Assembly (NCBI GenBank): GCA_023434145.1
Contig: JAEYTI010000365.1
Span: 1,001 to 65,000 of the forward strand
Direction: 5' to 3'
Length of the DNA: 64,000 bases
From: Chloroflexota bacterium
GTDB lineage: Bacteria > Chloroflexota > Anaerolineae > Anaerolineales > Anaerolineaceae
Below are positions 34,596 to 44,009 of this stretch, piece by piece (the stretch's first letter is position 1; each line of letters begins with the position of its first letter). A program made the position numbers and the translations under genes. The notes under the pieces are model-generated. The model ran no database searches, was not told the DNA's origin, and saw only the letters and a program-made list of their open reading frames with translations.

Positions 34596-37358
34596 ATGTC
34601 GCCACTTACTGGTTCTATGTCAGGAAGCGGGAGTGAGGCCGCACCGTGGGTTGAAAAGAAAGCCGTTCCTGCCCCGGTGATCCGCTTCTTAATCGTCTCG
34701 GACCATCCGCAGGAAACCTTGTTTGCATTTCGCATCCCTGCGCTGCCTGATTTTCTAGCAGACCACATGCTGTTGGGCAGCACCCCCGCCGAGAAGCTGG
34801 ATGAGGTGCTGGAGCGCTTCCAGCGACTGGCCATTGCTCTGCGCAAGTACCGCGGTTCAGCTTTTGCGCTCCGCTTCTGGTCACAGCCGGCCCTGGGAAA
34901 GATCGACCTGTTCCTGGTCTGCAGGTTACGCGCCATTCCCGACGGGCCGATTGTTACCCCTTCTCACGCTGCTGCAGATATCAGCGCGCTTCTGGTTAGC
35001 TATGGTATCCCCTACGAGCCGGTAACGACTGGCGATGCACTCTCTTTGGAAACCATCCTCCAGCCATTTGGACACAAAACGGCCATGGTTGAGGCGCGCC
35101 AGCACGAGCAGGTGGTGAATTTGATGACGGTGAACTGGGACGCTTACGTCATCCACCCCTATTGGAAACCCCAAGGGCTGTTTCTTGAGCCATTTGAGAC
35201 GATGCTGCGCTTGACACACCCCTGTGTGATCAGTGTATACCTGGAACCGACTGAGTTGAGTGAAGATGAGTTTTACAGCCTAGGCGAGGCCGGCTATCTG
35301 GCTCAAACGGTCGCTGATTACCAGGTACCAACTCTTGCCACTACGAGTGTTTCTCGGCGGCGGGACCCGGGGGCGGAGTTGATCGGGCGGATCTATACTC
35401 AGTATCTAAACGCTCTTTCTGAGCCATTTATTATGGTTATTCAGGCCGCCAGCCCAGACGCAAACACCGCCTGGACGGCGCTGCGAGCGTATACCAATTG
35501 CATGATCAAGCAGCGACCATCGGTGCGAGACGCCGGTCCCGACAGCAATTTGCCTTCAGCGGCCGACATTGAAGCTCCCAGCAACAATGATGAGTATAAC
35601 CGTGCAATTCAAATTTTTTCGCGACTCAACTGGTTTCCTTGGGGACGTAGCAGCGCTAGCCAGTTCAAGGAGCGCATTCGCTATCTTGTGGGGGCAGGTG
35701 GGGCCAGCGCAGCATTCCGCTTCCCGGTGAGCAACCGGGGTGGTGTGCCGGGGGTTGCGGTTCACCAGCCTGTGCCCGATTTTGAGCCGGGTCCACGCCC
35801 ATCACATCCCGGGGTAGACGAGATCCACCTTGGTAATTTCCGCAGGGGCGGCTGCGCGGTAGCCGTCCGGCGCGACCTCACTCGGCACGTCTTGGTAACA
35901 GGGTTTACCGGCAGCGGAAAAACCAACACTGTGCTCTACTTGCTGGACCAGTTATGGCGCAAGCTGCATACGCCCTTCCTTGTCGTGGAAGCAGCAAAGA
36001 AAGAGTACCGGGCGTTGGCCCGCGTTCCTGGGTTCGAAGATTTACTCGTCTTTACACTCGGTGACGAAACGACTTCGCCCTTCCGACTCAACCCGTTTGA
36101 ACTGCTGCCAGGAGTGCGTTTGGAGGCGCATCTCAGCCGGTTGCAGGCTTGCTTCGATGCAGCCATGCCGCAGTTTGGCATCCTGCCGTCCATTATCCAG
36201 CAGGCGATGATTGAGATCTACGCTGAAAAAGGCTGGAACTTGAAAGATTACGCGGTGGAGAATGAGAAGCGAATGTTCCCCACCATGCGCGACCTGTTCC
36301 GTATGGCTATACAAGTGGTAAACAATCGCGGGTACGAAGGTGAAATCCGCAGTAACATCTTGGCCGCGGTTTCGGGCCGCATTGGCAGCCTATTGATGGG
36401 CAGCAAAGGCGCTATGTACGGTTGCCAGCATTCTTTCCCTGCTGATGTGCTGCTGAGGCGACCAGTGATCTTGGAATTAGATGATCTGAACGGCGATGAG
36501 AAAGCGCTTTCGATGATGTTCCTGCTCACCTGGTTACGCGAGTACCGCACCTTACATCCCAGTGATCAGCTTCAGCACGTGACCGTGGTGGAGGAGGCTC
36601 ATAACGTTCTGAGCAATGTGCACTCAGTGGGTAATACAGAAATTGCCGCTGACACAAAGGTCAAAGCGGTGGATGCGTTTAGCAATATGCTAAGCGAAGT
36701 ACGTTCGATGGGTGAGGGGCTAGTTATCTCAGATCAATCGCCGGAAAAGCTGGCCCCCGATGCCATGCGCAACACCAATTTACAAATTGCTCACCAATTG
36801 CGCGACCAGCGCGACCGTGAAGCCATCGCGCGGGCGATGATAATGGACGAAAAGCAGCGGGACTATATCGGCAAGCTTCAGGTTGGTGAGGCAGCGGTAT
36901 TTATGACCGGGTTGGAACAAGCAACGTTTATACGGGTTCCCGAGTTCAAAGATACCGCCGGATTTGGCTCTTTACCATCGGCCGAATTCATCCGTAGCCG
37001 CATGGACGCCTTTGGCGAGAAACATCTCAAAGCCAGCCTGCCCTACGATGGTTGCCAGTTCTGTAAACAGGTATGTCATTTTCGGGAAGGGATCGAGCCC
37101 CAAACATTGGTAGTCGAGCTGACGGATACCTTCCAGAAATCACTGAAACTGTTTGACCGCAATCCCCAACCCGAACATTGGTCTGAGAACTGGAGGAAGG
37201 TGGCCGAGGTGTGTTTGACCGCCGCAGAACGCGCCGGTTATCAGAGGCAGCTAAACGCCGGGTACTGCTACCTGGTTCACGAAATCGATTTTAAGTTTAA
37301 CGAGCATATGCGCCGGTCGTTTGAATGCGCGGTTCGGGAAATTGTCAAGGGAGGTTGA
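34596..37358 (+). CDS. FtsK/HerA-superfamily P-loop ATPase with a ~430-aa unassigned N-terminal region (920 aa)
   Basis: Walker A HVLVTGFTGSGKTNT, Walker B VTVVEEAHNV, distal NLQIAHQLRDQRDREAI block. No TM segment is evident. Confidence 0.75.
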   Translation: MSPLTGSMSGSGSEAAPWVEKKAVPAPVIRFLIVSDHPQETLFAFRIPALPDFLADHMLLGSTPAEKLDEVLERFQRLAIALRKYRGSAFALRFWSQPALGKIDLFLVCRLRAIPDGPIVTPSHAAADISALLVSYGIPYEPVTTGDALSLETILQPFGHKTAMVEARQHEQVVNLMTVNWDAYVIHPYWKPQGLFLEPFETMLRLTHPCVISVYLEPTELSEDEFYSLGEAGYLAQTVADYQVPTLATTSVSRRRDPGAELIGRIYTQYLNALSEPFIMVIQAASPDANTAWTALRAYTNCMIKQRPSVRDAGPDSNLPSAADIEAPSNNDEYNRAIQIFSRLNWFPWGRSSASQFKERIRYLVGAGGASAAFRFPVSNRGGVPGVAVHQPVPDFEPGPRPSHPGVDEIHLGNFRRGGCAVAVRRDLTRHVLVTGFTGSGKTNTVLYLLDQLWRKLHTPFLVVEAAKKEYRALARVPGFEDLLVFTLGDETTSPFRLNPFELLPGVRLEAHLSRLQACFDAAMPQFGILPSIIQQAMIEIYAEKGWNLKDYAVENEKRMFPTMRDLFRMAIQVVNNRGYEGEIRSNILAAVSGRIGSLLMGSKGAMYGCQHSFPADVLLRRPVILELDDLNGDEKALSMMFLLTWLREYRTLHPSDQLQHVTVVEEAHNVLSNVHSVGNTEIAADTKVKAVDAFSNMLSEVRSMGEGLVISDQSPEKLAPDAMRNTNLQIAHQLRDQRDREAIARAMIMDEKQRDYIGKLQVGEAAVFMTGLEQATFIRVPEFKDTAGFGSLPSAEFIRSRMDAFGEKHLKASLPYDGCQFCKQVCHFREGIEPQTLVVELTDTFQKSLKLFDRNPQPEHWSENWRKVAEVCLTAAERAGYQRQLNAGYCYLVHEIDFKFNEHMRRSFECAVREIVKGG

Positions 37359-37359
37359 T

Positions 37360-37536
37360 ATGTCGGCGGAGAGCATTGCGATAAAAGCAGTGACCGAGAC
37401 GGTCAAAGCCACTGAGAATGTGGTGAAGAAGATCTGGACCTTGCTGGATGCAGCCAGCGAGAAGGAACAGCCATCAAAATTTCTCAGCCAGCAGGCCGTT
37501 GAAGCCATTCAGGGCAGAACGAATCCCAAGGCATAG
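37360..37536 (+). CDS. Small helical protein (58 aa)
   Basis: Start moved to MSAESIAIK (AAGGGAGG RBS; the ATG follows the ATPase stop by 1 nt). Confidence 0.5.
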   Translation: MSAESIAIKAVTETVKATENVVKKIWTLLDAASEKEQPSKFLSQQAVEAIQGRTNPKA

Positions 37537-37597
37537 CGAAAGCCTGGCATTTCAAGCAATGCGAAGACCACCATAGAAAGGGGAAGGACAGGCAGAC

Positions 37598-38950
37598 ATG
37601 ACAGAATTTGGTGAACGGTATGACAGGAGTCCAGATGTCTCTTCCGAAAGTGGAATGGAGAAATTATCTCCGTCAGGGATTTCCGCAATGCGGGGTGAGG
37701 TAGGTCCGGCAATTCAGGTCGATACCTCTCAAGTTCAGGTTCCAGAAACCCCCTCAACCCCTGCTTCGGCTACGGATTCGGTGGATGAAGCACCCATCGG
37801 GGGACTGGAGCAGCCGCAGCCGACTGTCGAGGCCTCTATGGAAACGCCATCCTACGTGGAGATGTCCGACTCCCCTAGAAGTGCCCTGCGCGGTGACCTA
37901 CCGGGGAGAATGAACGGCGAAGACTCGCAAATGCCTAGCTATGGACAGGTGGATCAACCAATCGTTAGCACAGATGGACCTGATCGGTCTAGAAGTGCCC
38001 TGCGCGGTGACCTACCGGGGAGAATGAACGGCGAATCCACGGAGTTGCTAGGATCGCCAGAGAGTCCGGCCTGGGGAGCATCGCCTGAGGTTGCAGTTGA
38101 GCCACCTCCCACAGCGGAGATGCCTGATCGGCGGGGCAGTCCGCTTCGCGATGACCTTTCCGTCAGCACGCCTGAGACACCCAGGGGGCTTTACTCTGGG
38201 CAGCTGGAACCAGTACCGGCAGACAATATGCCCCCGTCACTTGAAAGGCCAGAAATAACTGATTCCCCCGAGCGGAAGGCGGAAATACCGATCCCCTACA
38301 TCACATCGGATGTACAGGATCGACCCCGCGTACCCGCAACACTACCCGATGGCAGCCCAACGAATATCACGGGAGACCTAAACGGATTTAAAGACTTGAA
38401 CCACGTGCAAGGGGAAGTAGATGGGTTCGACGGCACCTGTGGGATTTGTGCGACTCAGTGCGTGGCTAATGAGCACGGTCTGCCAGTTACTGAAGCGGAC
38501 GTGCTGAAGCAGGCTGTGGAACACGAGCCGCCACTTTGCAATATCGAGAACTACGATCCGGCTTTTCGAGGAGGCACTACGCCTGAGGACCGCGCCCAAC
38601 TGCTCACGGAAATGGACATCCCAAGCCACGTTGAGTTGGGTAAGAATTTCCAGGATCTGTCAGACTATATCGATAACGGGAAGTCGGTGATATTATCAAC
38701 CAACGCCGGGTTTCTCTGGCAAGATCCCAACTACGTGGGCGCAGACCCGACAAAACCCAACCACGCGGTTACGCTGATCGACGTTGCTCATGACCCGCAG
38801 ACAGATGAGATCCAGGGATTTTTTATCAATGACTCGGGTGAACCTGATAAAGATGTGGGATCAGGGAAGTTTGTTGACATGAACACCATGCGCAATGCTT
38901 GGTTAAACACCGGCGGAAAAGTAGTCGTTTCAGACATAACGCATCGTTAG
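37598..38950 (+). CDS. Protein with a ~260-aa disordered repeat-bearing N-terminal region and a C-terminal papain-like (C39-like) cysteine peptidase-fold domain
   Basis: 450 aa, no signal peptide. Candidate catalytic set is Q..GTCGICATQC (Cys), NHAVTLIDV (His) and FINDSG (Asp/Asn). Confidence 0.6.
   Translation: MTEFGERYDRSPDVSSESGMEKLSPSGISAMRGEVGPAIQVDTSQVQVPETPSTPASATDSVDEAPIGGLEQPQPTVEASMETPSYVEMSDSPRSALRGDLPGRMNGEDSQMPSYGQVDQPIVSTDGPDRSRSALRGDLPGRMNGESTELLGSPESPAWGASPEVAVEPPPTAEMPDRRGSPLRDDLSVSTPETPRGLYSGQLEPVPADNMPPSLERPEITDSPERKAEIPIPYITSDVQDRPRVPATLPDGSPTNITGDLNGFKDLNHVQGEVDGFDGTCGICATQCVANEHGLPVTEADVLKQAVEHEPPLCNIENYDPAFRGGTTPEDRAQLLTEMDIPSHVELGKNFQDLSDYIDNGKSVILSTNAGFLWQDPNYVGADPTKPNHAVTLIDVAHDPQTDEIQGFFINDSGEPDKDVGSGKFVDMNTMRNAWLNTGGKVVVSDITHR
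37875..38035 (+). repeat. Two perfect 47-nt direct repeats (37875-37921 and 37989-38035) inside the CDS
   Basis: CTAGAAGTGCCCTGCGCGGTGACCTACCGGGGAGAATGAACGGCGAA occurs twice, 114 nt apart, and encodes ..RSALRGDLPGRMNGE.. (it contains RGD). Confidence 0.9.
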
Positions 38951-38973
38951 TTAGAGGAGGGAGGATACCGCGT

Positions 38974-39492
38974 ATGAGCGCCCAGAGCTTTATCTCCTAT
39001 CAAGATCTCCGTACGCAAAAAACACTCGCTCAGCTCTTGCTGAGCGAGATCCCGGAAACGAACGCTGTCTCATTCGCGATACCGTCCAAACGTCTTGGCG
39101 AGCCAGCATTTGTTCAGTTTTCCGCACCTGCTTATCGCGTTCCACGAAAACCAGTCCTTCAAGGAGCGCCTGACCGCTGGTGGGGTGTCCATGCCGTAAC
39201 AGGAAAACTGCTTTTTTATGCATTATGGAAGGTGCAGCCGTTCCACATAGGCCGTCCATATGATAATCAGGAATTACCCCGGGTAGAGTTTAGTATTGAT
39301 CAGTATCATGAGAAGCTGTTACTGCTTGAGAGCCAGGTAAATTCGCTTGTCCCTGCTTTTTTCCTAAACCAATCTATTCCTTTGGAACAAAAGTCCGCTC
39401 TATGGGAGACTTACCGACTACTTATTCCTGGGCAACTTATAGATCAGTATCAAATGTTAGCTCCCGATTTTTTTGCCTGGTTGATTACTTGA
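38974..39492 (+). CDS. Hypothetical protein (172 aa); its position fits a cognate partner or immunity protein of the upstream peptidase-like protein
   Basis: Start moved to MSAQSF (GAGGAGGGAGG RBS), 23 nt after the upstream stop. Confidence 0.5.
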   Translation: MSAQSFISYQDLRTQKTLAQLLLSEIPETNAVSFAIPSKRLGEPAFVQFSAPAYRVPRKPVLQGAPDRWWGVHAVTGKLLFYALWKVQPFHIGRPYDNQELPRVEFSIDQYHEKLLLLESQVNSLVPAFFLNQSIPLEQKSALWETYRLLIPGQLIDQYQMLAPDFFAWLIT

Positions 39493-39596
39493 AGTGATTA
39501 GTCTATGAGATAATTATCCCATTTTATCCTACCCATAATTTCCTCAATTGATCTCATAGAGGTATCTTCTTTGAGAGTGGCGGATATGGGTTTACA

Positions 39597-39866
39597 TTAA
39601 TTCGTTACTCCAATCCCGGTACTCGGGCTAGTTCTTAAGATATGCCGTTCGAGAACAGGGCACAGAGCGGGGTGCCAACGGGAGTAGGTTATATAAGTGG
39701 TGCTTGTCTCACAACATTCTGCGTGCTTTCTCGAATCGAAGTTCCCGGCAAAGTGAAGCGCGGCAATGATCGCAGTTGTCATCTGGCATTGTGGGTCTTC
39801 GTGATGATACAAGGCTTTCACTATATCGTCACACTGGCAAAATACTGTTACAAGTTGGCTGCCCAT
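39597..39866 (-). pseudogene. Degenerate N-terminal fragment of an IS4/IS5-type transposase (IS remnant)
   Basis: ..VFCQCDDIVKAL..MTTAIIAALHFAGNFDSRK.. resembles the DDxxK..T.AL..FGGN N-terminal pattern of such transposases. It is truncated and not followed by a DDE domain. Confidence 0.3.
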
Positions 39867-40010
39867 GCGCTCCTCCGGCTCAAGTTTGGTTTGGTCACCT
39901 TCAACTTTACCGGGTTTCGCATAGACCTTTTTAATCTACTCACCCAAGGTAGCAACTGTCCTGAAAATAGCACGGATTTTCGTGCTTGCTGGTGAGCCAG
40001 GGCTCATGTT

Positions 40011-41241
40011 AGGGTAAACGCATCTAAATCAGGGAAGAGTTGAAAGGAGAGGCAAAAGCCGTTATCCTCAAGAAGAAGTAGGAGGAACGGCATGGAAAAC
40101 CAGGGTAGTGGACAGTTCAACGAGCATTTTGGCGACTTACCCGACCCGCGCATCGAGCGGACGAAGCGGCATAAGCTGATTGACATTGTGGTCATTGCGA
40201 TCTGTGCGGTGATCTGTGGGGCGGATGATTGGGTGGAAGTGGAATTGTTTGGCGAGTCGAAGGAAAGCTGGTTTCGCACCTTTTTAGAATTACCCCATGG
40301 GATCCCGTCGCATGATACCTTCACGCGCGTCTTTGCCCGGCTGGATCCGGACGCCTTTCGGCTGCGGTTTGTCGAATGGGTGCAGGTGGTCAGCCAGATC
40401 ACCGGGGGACAGGTGATCGCCATCGATGGCAAGAAGATGCGCGGGTCTGCGGAACCGATCTTGGGGCACGGAGCGATTGACATGGTGAGTGCCTGGGCGA
40501 CGGAGAACCATCTGGTATTGGGACAGGTGAAAGTAGCGGACAAATCCAATGAAATCACCGCTATTCCCCAACTGCTGCAAGTCTTGGAACTAGCTGGATG
40601 TCTGGTAACCATCGATGCCATTGGCTGCCAGAAGGAGATAGCCCAGACGATTGTGGACCAGAAGGCCGACTACCTGTTGGAGGTGAAAGAAAACCAGGGA
40701 ATCTGTACGAGGATATCGCGGAAGCCTTTGCGGGAGCGAAGGAAGTGGCCTTTCGGGCGGTGCCGCACAGCTACCACAAAACTGTGGATGGCAATCATGG
40801 CCGGATCGAAACGCGGGAATGCTGGGCAATTTCCGACCCCGAATATTTGCACTACTTGCGCGGCTATGCCGACTGGCCGAAACTGCACACCATCCTGATG
40901 ATCTGCAACCAACGCAAGCTGAACGGAAAAGTGGAACAAACCACCCACTACTACATCGCCAGCCCCACCTGGAGCGCCAACCGGTTTCTGACCAGCAAAC
41001 GCAGCCATTGGGGCATCGAAAACGGTTTGCATTGGGTGCTGGATATTGCCTTGCAAGAAGATCATCACCGCTTACGCAAAGATCATGGCCCGGAGAACTT
41101 CGCCGTCCTGCGCCATATCGCCGTCAATTTGCTCAAACAGGAAAAATCGGTCAAAGCCGGGATCAGAGCCAAACGACTCAAGGCTGGTTGGGACAATGAC
41201 TACCTCCTCAAGGTCCTCTCCCAATAAGATGCGTTTACCCT
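40011..41241 (+). mobile_element. ISAs1-family insertion sequence
   Basis: Perfect 15-bp terminal inverted repeats AGGGTAAACGCATCT (40011-40025 and the reverse complement of 41227-41241). Flanked by the direct repeat GGGCTCATGTT (40000-40010 and 41243-41253). Confidence 0.85.
40092..41227 (+). pseudogene. ISAs1-family (H-repeat-associated) transposase, frameshifted
   Basis: The N-terminal part ..DLPDPRIERTKRHKLIDIVVIAICAVICGADDW.. runs to ..LLEVKENQG. It continues in the -1 frame as NLYEDIAEAF..HWGIENGLHWVLD... One nt is missing around 40697-40700. Confidence 0.8.
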
Positions 41242-41387
41242 GGGGCTCATGTTGACTTGGATTAACTTATTTACAAAACGAGAAGAGCGACAAGCAAACA
41301 TACCATATCAATTCCAGTCTTCTGATGTAGGTAATACCCGCTCTTTCAGCGCGCGAAAACCAATCGTTTATAATCCATTAGGATTCC

Positions 41388-41720
41388 TCAAAGGCCGAAA
41401 AGGGCGATCATCCAACCATGCCACAATGGCGCAAACCAGATATATAGGGGTATACCCACACCTAGAATGGCTGTCGGGTACACAATAAATCCGATACACC
41501 CCATCACACAATCAGGAATTTTTTGTGGTTTCCCTCCAGCCCTCCCGTCTGTGCGAAATTCGTGAGCATAATCTTTAATAATTAAAGAGAGTATCCAATC
41601 TAAAAATCGAAATCCCAATGTCGCAAGGGATACTCCTACATAAAAACCCACTACCCCCGAAAGCACTACTGGCGGTCCATACACAATTAATAGCAAAATT
41701 AGACCAATCCGTCCTTTCAT
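41388..41720 (-). CDS. Small multi-TM membrane protein (110 aa)
   Basis: Three to four hydrophobic helices. No motif recognised. Confidence 0.45.
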   Translation of the reverse strand: MKGRIGLILLLIVYGPPVVLSGVVGFYVGVSLATLGFRFLDWILSLIIKDYAHEFRTDGRAGGKPQKIPDCVMGCIGFIVYPTAILGVGIPLYIWFAPLWHGWMIALFGL

Positions 41721-41838
41721 TTTTCCACCCCTTTCGCCATTCCCAACTTATCTACTTCAATATCTCTCTCACCGTATCTCCGTTTGGATGCAGTTCAAAC
41801 GGTGTGGTTTCAACTTTCCTTCAGGTAGGTGCGTCTGG

Positions 41839-42870
41839 TTACCATCTGCTAACTTCCACACCTTCCTGATTGTATAAGACAGCCGGATCTGGGTCCGAGT
41901 TATTCCATATATTTTTTGAGTAACCACATGAATAGCCAGGCCCTTCAGCGGCCATTGCCCATATACGTAAAGTTTCACCAGCCTTAAATATCCCAGACAG
42001 AGGACAGCTTTGATTTCCCTTTTCTGAAACCAAATTCCAGCCGGACAGGTTTACATCAATACTTCCCTGGTTTTGAATATCAACATATTCGGCGCTTTTA
42101 TTTACTCCAATAATCAAAACAACTGGGACCGATGGAGCTGGGGTTTGTGTGGCTTGCCACATTCCCTTTTGTGAAGAGCGAGCCTCATTCATTGTTGTTG
42201 CGAGTGTCAAAGTGCAAGCCGAATCCGGCGGATAATCTTCCGCAACAGCTAAGCCCATTTTTACCATTTCTGAATTTACAAACACATCACCCACAAAAAC
42301 ATATCTAAGTAATCGGTCAAATGTGTCTGTCTCTGATACATCTTTAACGAGGATCACTTCCTTGTTGAGCACCAGGTCGGAATTCGCTTTTACAGCCTCT
42401 TCGTAAAGCGGCCTTTGCCTTTCGGGAGTGTCAATACCGATGTATCGTAATCTAAACTGCTTACCATCGATTACCACATCAACCGTATCTCCATCAATAA
42501 TTTTTACTACGGTAGCCATCTCGAATTCCGAATTTATTGGAATGCAAGCAGCAAAAGGGATTCTTGTTTCTGTTGGAATGGGTGTTGAAGTATCGGTGGG
42601 AATTGCTGTGGGAGTATCCGTTGGAGTTTCTGTGGGTTTTACTGTAGGAGTAAAAGTGGAACTAGGTTTTATAGTGCTTGTAACTGTCGGTGTCCTTGTG
42701 GGGGAATCTGTTGGAGAAGGAAAAAATGTAAGGGTTAATGTCGGCACTTCTACTGTAATTTCGGCTTGTGAATCACTAGTCTCTTTTAAGGCCGTTTGAA
42801 TTTGTTGTTCTTTTGGTCCGCATGAAACTAAAATGCAAGCGATGACAAGCAACAAGGATAGTTTCTTCAT
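41839..42870 (-). CDS. Lipoprotein with a staphylococcal-nuclease (SNase) domain and a C-terminal lamin-tail domain
   Basis: Lipobox LVSC. Thr/Pro-rich linker. SNase block VVKIIDGDTVDVVIDGKQFRLRYIGIDTPE. LTD-like block EYVDIQNQGSIDVNLSGWNLVSEKG. Confidence 0.75.
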   Translation of the reverse strand: MKKLSLLLVIACILVSCGPKEQQIQTALKETSDSQAEITVEVPTLTLTFFPSPTDSPTRTPTVTSTIKPSSTFTPTVKPTETPTDTPTAIPTDTSTPIPTETRIPFAACIPINSEFEMATVVKIIDGDTVDVVIDGKQFRLRYIGIDTPERQRPLYEEAVKANSDLVLNKEVILVKDVSETDTFDRLLRYVFVGDVFVNSEMVKMGLAVAEDYPPDSACTLTLATTMNEARSSQKGMWQATQTPAPSVPVVLIIGVNKSAEYVDIQNQGSIDVNLSGWNLVSEKGNQSCPLSGIFKAGETLRIWAMAAEGPGYSCGYSKNIWNNSDPDPAVLYNQEGVEVSRW

Positions 42871-43316
42871 TAGATCCCTTATTTCTATGTAGTTTTAGGC
42901 GATATAACCATTATAGATATGACACTATAAAACTAAGGCTTTCCAGTGTTAGCAATTTTGTAATGATAATGTTTCGTTCATGCTTTATGGCTTCAGCGGC
43001 AAAGATTTCACCACATTCATAGGGAAAGGGTTATTTCACCTATTCAAATTATGACCTGCCCTCATTGCTTGGTCCAGTTTTTATGTGGTAGTCAAGACAA
43101 CAGTGCCGGTCAGCGGAGGCGCCAATGTAGGCATTAAGACCGCTAATAGCATAGGAGAACGAGACCCTAAATTATAGAAATTTTCGGACGATGCTGTTCA
43201 AAGCCGCTCTTATCTTGCGGATTGACTTGATCCGTCTGCTTGACATTTTCGCTCGGTTGAAGCCTGCATTCATTATTATTCGGAATTGATTGGCCATCTC
43301 ACGGACATCCGATGGA

Positions 43317-43901
43317 TCAGGAAATGCTCTCCGCTTTCAAGCCAATCAGTTCTGGAAGAAACTGCAAGACAATTTGCGGGTCAAGGCGTATTCCTGCCTG
43401 CGATTTCAGATAAGAGATTGTTTTTTCATCATCCCATGCAAACCGGTAGGGCCTATCTGATCGTAAAGCATCCCATAGATCAACCAACGTGAAAACCCGC
43501 GCTGCGAAAGGGATTTCCTCGCCTGCTAGTCCTCGTGGATATCCTTTTCCGTCCCAGCGTTCATGATGGCAGTAAGGAATATCGGCAAAAGGTCGCAGAT
43601 GTGGGATCTCGAAGAGCATCTGATACCCAATCTCTGGATGCCGGCGTACATTTTCCCATTCTAACTCTGATAAGGGTCCTTGCTTTTTCACTATATCGGG
43701 TGGTAAGCGCGTCTTGCCCAAGTCATGAAGAAGCGCGCCGAAAAAGATCGCTTGGCCTTCCGTTTCTCCCATACCTACCTTGTACACCAGTGCCTTCGCA
43801 ATCGATGCGGTGCGATAAGAATGCATACCCGTGTCGAAATCTGTCAAAAACAGGTTGCGGAGCAGCAGATCAAGAATAGGATCGTTTGTGCTTTCTTCCA
43901 T
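43317..43901 (-). CDS. HD-GYP domain protein (probable c-di-GMP phosphodiesterase)
   Basis: 194 aa with LLHDLGK and HHERWDGKGYP. Confidence 0.8.
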   Translation of the reverse strand: MEESTNDPILDLLLRNLFLTDFDTGMHSYRTASIAKALVYKVGMGETEGQAIFFGALLHDLGKTRLPPDIVKKQGPLSELEWENVRRHPEIGYQMLFEIPHLRPFADIPYCHHERWDGKGYPRGLAGEEIPFAARVFTLVDLWDALRSDRPYRFAWDDEKTISYLKSQAGIRLDPQIVLQFLPELIGLKAESIS

Positions 43902-43960
43902 GATGTATTCGCTTCACCTCTAAAAATGTTTAAACTGGTTCCTACCGCTACAAGATGGGT

Positions 43961-43998
43961 CGGTTCCGCAGCGACCAAACTAGGTGGCTGCGGAACCG
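43961..43998. terminator. 12-bp perfect stem-loop after the 192-aa gene (weak U-tract)
   Basis: CGGTTCCGCAGC, a 14-nt loop, then GCTGCGGAACCG. Confidence 0.4.
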
Positions 43999-44009
43999 AT
44001 GTTCAGGCT

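Noticed and set aside
39642-39995. 117-aa + strand ORF left of the ISAs1 element
   Set aside because: It overlaps the transposase-like remnant on the opposite strand, has no RBS or motif, and ends at the IS insertion site. It is probably a spurious frame in degenerate IS DNA.
40690-40705. Possible programmed ribosomal frameshift in the ISAs1 transposase
   Set aside because: To my knowledge ISAs1-family transposases are single-ORF enzymes. There is no slippery heptamer or downstream structure. A 1-nt deletion in a G/A run is the simpler explanation.
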